Origin: an uncultured Clostridia bacterium | Lineage (GTDB): Bacteria; Bacillota; Clostridia; Christensenellales; CAG-917 | Direction: 5' to 3' | DNA: 27,912 nucleotides | Assembly: GCA_900554085.1 (NCBI GenBank) | Contig: USGA01000001.1 | Location: 1 to 27,912, forward strand | Part shown: one piece after another, positions 24,946-27,912 of the stretch | How positions within the stretch are numbered: the stretch's first letter is position 1 | Layout of the letters: every line of letters begins with the position of its first letter | The notes under the pieces: generated by a model | Told to the model about the DNA's origin: nothing | Databases searched by the model: none | Seen by the model: the letters and a program-made list of their open reading frames with translations, nothing else | Made by a program: the position numbers and the translations under genes

Positions 24946-27330
24946 TCAGTCAACTTTTTTCGTCCATTCTAGTGCGTAAGTATAGTTGACATTTGGCTTT
25001 TTTTCGTATAATTCATATAAACAGCCAGTTGAGGGTATGGATTCTTTCTTTATTTGCATAGTTCTTTCTCTATCTGCATAAACTGTCTTATAAACATTAT
25101 AATGGCCATTTTCCTGCACGCTACCATCAAAAATAAGTTTCATACTTAACTCGTTTGTCAAATGCCTAACGAAATAAGACAGTATTGGCTTGAGAGTGCC
25201 GTGTGCATCTGTGAGTTCCAGTTCGACGGTAAAGTCTCTAGTTTTATTGGGTTTAATTGGAGGAGCAAAATTTATGTCATACTCCCCGTTTTCCAGTATT
25301 TCAATATTAACATCTTCACCCTTCGCGTGTATTTCGCAACCCGAGCCGCTCCATATAAACTTTTTCCGAATCACTGAGATATCATTGGGGGTTTTGTTTA
25401 TTATTTTCTCTCTATACATGATTTTCATTCTCGCTTCAGATAAGAGCTCCATTTCAATATTTACTTCTGGGCATGTAATATCTCCAAAAGCGAGACTTTT
25501 GTTATCAAGCAAGCATAACTTACTGAAAGAATTACATTCTAACAATAAAGAAATCTCGTCCTTAAAAGGAATTTTAGGAGCATACAATGAAATAAAAGCA
25601 TTTCGTATAGCACCTTGAAAAAGTATCAAAGAAGGATTGTTGCATGAACCAAAACTCAATATATGAGGAGCTGCTATGCCAGGGTAAGGGTCAATATAGT
25701 AGATTTCTTTGATTCCCAACTGCGCTGATTTTTTTGAACATAATTCGCAAGGGCTGGCAGTTACAAACAGCTTGCCATTTCTGATGCCTTGTCCTCCATA
25801 TTTAGATAACTGAAGAAATGCGTTTTCTTCAGCATGTAAAGATCTAGTATGCACCTGATTTTTGTTATGTTCAATACTGTTGAACACATCTTTAAAGCAA
25901 TAGGCACATAATATTCCTGAATTGTCTAATTTTTGACGAGTGTTTTGGTCGAGTATTTTTATTGTTTTAATAAAATCTTTATTCTCGAGTTCGAATTTGC
26001 TGAAAGATTCGACATCCTTGTTGCTTAAGTAATCTTTTACGTTTCTCAAGTTACAAGGAATTTTGCCTTCGGGTACGTCATTCCAACCCACCGCTTTTAT
26101 TGAAAAATTATCATCAGTAATTACTGAGCCTACTCTGCGAGAAAGACATCCCGAATTTAAGCTTGCATTATACGCAAGTTGCATGCAATACTCAACTTTC
26201 GTTGGAGTTACAATGCCTGGATGCAAAATTAGCGCTATGTACTTTAACAACTGTGCTGTTAGAGCATAAAATTTTCCGTTTGTGACAGTGCTGTTATGGA
26301 TGTAAATATCAGCAGATTCTATACAGGTTTGTATGTTTTGATGATAGATAAATTGGTTTGTGTCACTGAATTTGCCGGGATATTCAATTTTATCTAAATT
26401 ACAAAGTTCACACTCGCTTAAATGTTGTGAAAGCCTACTTTTGCGAGTCTCATCTTCCACGTTGATAGCAAAACAATAAAAAGCTTTGTATCTATCGCGC
26501 AAATACTCTATTTCATATTGATTACGTAAAGCATCTATGCAAATACGAGTTCTTATAGCTTTTGAACCGCCACTTTTTTTGTGTTCAAGCTTGTCGGATT
26601 TTATTATCAGTCTGATGAGATAATCTATTATGTTTGGCAAGGTCGACGTGTTTTTGTTGAAGTTTGTTGAATAGCAATTCCCGGAGCACCTTATGTTGTT
26701 TCCGATGGTTTGGAACAAGTAGGAGTAGAAGTCGATTTTAGATGTATTATTGTTGTCGAATATGCTTCTGGTGTTAATTTGACAAAAAAATGTTGACAGA
26801 GTTTTTTTAAAACGCTTCTTGTATTCTTTGATCGTTTTAAGGTAAAATGTTTTTTGATCCGTTATTTGTGCTTCGTCATCTGGAACGGATTTGTTGTAGT
26901 CTATCGTATAAGCTTTTGCTTTCTCAAACATATCCTTTAAAGAGTGAACGGCGCTATTAATTTTGTCAAAATCACTAATTACCACCTTAGCAGTAGTTTC
27001 GTCGTATCTAAATTGTAAATTATTCAAAAAATCAAGGAATTTATCTATTCCCGACTGCAAAATCAGTGCCAAAATAATGCTGCTTACTTCAATTACGTTG
27101 AAAGGGTGCCAACGACAATTTTGCATGTATTTGTAAATTACTTCATATTTTCTTTCGTCTTTGTTGCGAAAATCATAAGTCTTGATATCGGGTAAGTCTA
27201 ATTTATCAAATGATTGACGGGATAGAATTTCGGCCGTGGTTGAGCAGCCTGAGCCAGTTCTGCCCGTCAGTCCTATGATAATTAATTCGTCTCTGAGTTC
27301 GTATATGCGCGAAACAACATCTTTAGACAT
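24946..27330 (-). CDS. Anti-phage dCTP/dCMP deaminase (AvcD/Dcd-like: P-loop kinase-like domain + deoxycytidylate deaminase domain) with extra C-terminal domain
   Basis: IIIGLTGRTGSGCST Walker-A-like N-terminus; SGCLSRRVG, GWNDVP, RSLHAEENAFLQ and ASPCELC Zn-deaminase motifs, YIDPYP; AT-rich; GGAGG RBS. Confidence 0.88.
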   Translation of the reverse strand: MSKDVVSRIYELRDELIIIGLTGRTGSGCSTTAEILSRQSFDKLDLPDIKTYDFRNKDERKYEVIYKYMQNCRWHPFNVIEVSSIILALILQSGIDKFLDFLNNLQFRYDETTAKVVISDFDKINSAVHSLKDMFEKAKAYTIDYNKSVPDDEAQITDQKTFYLKTIKEYKKRFKKTLSTFFCQINTRSIFDNNNTSKIDFYSYLFQTIGNNIRCSGNCYSTNFNKNTSTLPNIIDYLIRLIIKSDKLEHKKSGGSKAIRTRICIDALRNQYEIEYLRDRYKAFYCFAINVEDETRKSRLSQHLSECELCNLDKIEYPGKFSDTNQFIYHQNIQTCIESADIYIHNSTVTNGKFYALTAQLLKYIALILHPGIVTPTKVEYCMQLAYNASLNSGCLSRRVGSVITDDNFSIKAVGWNDVPEGKIPCNLRNVKDYLSNKDVESFSKFELENKDFIKTIKILDQNTRQKLDNSGILCAYCFKDVFNSIEHNKNQVHTRSLHAEENAFLQLSKYGGQGIRNGKLFVTASPCELCSKKSAQLGIKEIYYIDPYPGIAAPHILSFGSCNNPSLILFQGAIRNAFISLYAPKIPFKDEISLLLECNSFSKLCLLDNKSLAFGDITCPEVNIEMELLSEARMKIMYREKIINKTPNDISVIRKKFIWSGSGCEIHAKGEDVNIEILENGEYDINFAPPIKPNKTRDFTVELELTDAHGTLKPILSYFVRHLTNELSMKLIFDGSVQENGHYNVYKTVYADRERTMQIKKESIPSTGCLYELYEKKPNVNYTYALEWTKKVD

Positions 27331-27350
27331 GAATATTTCCCTCCGTTTAT

Positions 27351-27379
27351 ATAGTATAGCGGATATAACGTTTTGTCAA
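27351..27379 (-). promoter_or_regulatory. Sigma-A promoter of the deaminase gene
   Basis: TTGACA-17 bp-TACTAT immediately upstream of the RBS. Confidence 0.7.
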
Positions 27380-27674
27380 TGTTGCAATACTAATGGACTC
27401 TTATGGTCTTCGGAAAGATAATGTGCCGAGACGAAGGCACCTTGCTACATTGTGTATAAAACGCTACACATACGCTTTGATACTAGACGCATAATAAGGC
27501 GAAAATGGCACTCCATTTTTACAATAATGAGGATATAGTCCACAGGTTTCTGCGGGGTTTTCTTGGCGTGACAATTGCCGTGTCAGCCGATTTTTATTTT
27601 ACGCACCAGTGAATGGCTCGTAAACATTTATGTAATTGAAAAGGATGCGTTTCTTCCGTATATCCGCATTTGCT

Positions 27675-27912
27675 AGCCGTTTCGCCCGCCGAGTGTGGCA
27701 CGGAGAGGCGGCTGTCAACGCCGTAAAATCATCGCTCAAAACACAAACTTCGTGCAACTTTTCAAGTCCGTTCTGCCTGTGGCATTACGGGCTTTTTTGC
27801 ATTTGTCCGTCAGCCTTTAACGCAATGTTTTTACTTTTCCGTTGACAGCCTGAATCCGACATTCCCGGTGTAGCGACTTCAATCTCTCCGTGCCGTGTCG
27901 GCTCTGCCGAAA
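27675..27912. repeat. Direct repeat copy 2 (27675-27723) forming the left arm of a ~235-nt imperfect inverted-repeat element that runs to the window edge
   Basis: Nested pairings: TTTCG/CGAAA, GCCGA/TCGGC, GGCACGGAGAG(27697-27707)/CTCTCCGTGCC(27884-27894), GGCTGTCAACG(27710-27720)/CGTTGACAGCC(27840-27850), GTAAAA/TTTTAC, TGCAA/TTGCA, AAGTCCGT/ACGGGCTT, TGCC-tgt-GGCA apex. Confidence 0.85.

Overview
Chromosomal window from a GC-rich (roughly 55-60% by eye) Firmicute, probably a gut clostridium (inferred from gene content). Left part (1-16.5 kb): KTSC-like small gene, sugar O-acetyltransferase, tRNA-Ala(CGC), an operon of GPH-family MFS transporter, metallophosphoesterase, Na+-pumping oxaloacetate-decarboxylase-type complex (alpha, gamma, biotin carrier, beta) and biotin ligase, an SGNH lipoprotein, an ECF sigma/RsgI-like anti-sigma module with two acidic paralogous lipoproteins, luxS and a nitroreductase. 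Right part (16.6-27.9 kb): a lower-GC defence region. It holds a complete type II-A CRISPR-Cas locus (tracrRNA, cas9, cas1, cas2, csn2, 18 repeats/17 spacers). Next is a very AT-rich cassette encoding an AvcD/Dcd-like anti-phage dCTP deaminase with an extra ~190-aa C-terminal domain, bracketed by 49-bp direct repeats that form the left arm of a ~235-nt rod-like hairpin element. Most notable: (1) the hairpin-delimited deaminase cassette; (2) a two-block CRISPR array whose repeat-variant switch coincides with a ~40% to ~59% GC jump in spacers; (3) a predicted cas9 5'UTR almost entirely antisense to tracrRNA; (4) a duplicated 35-bp candidate ECF promoter.
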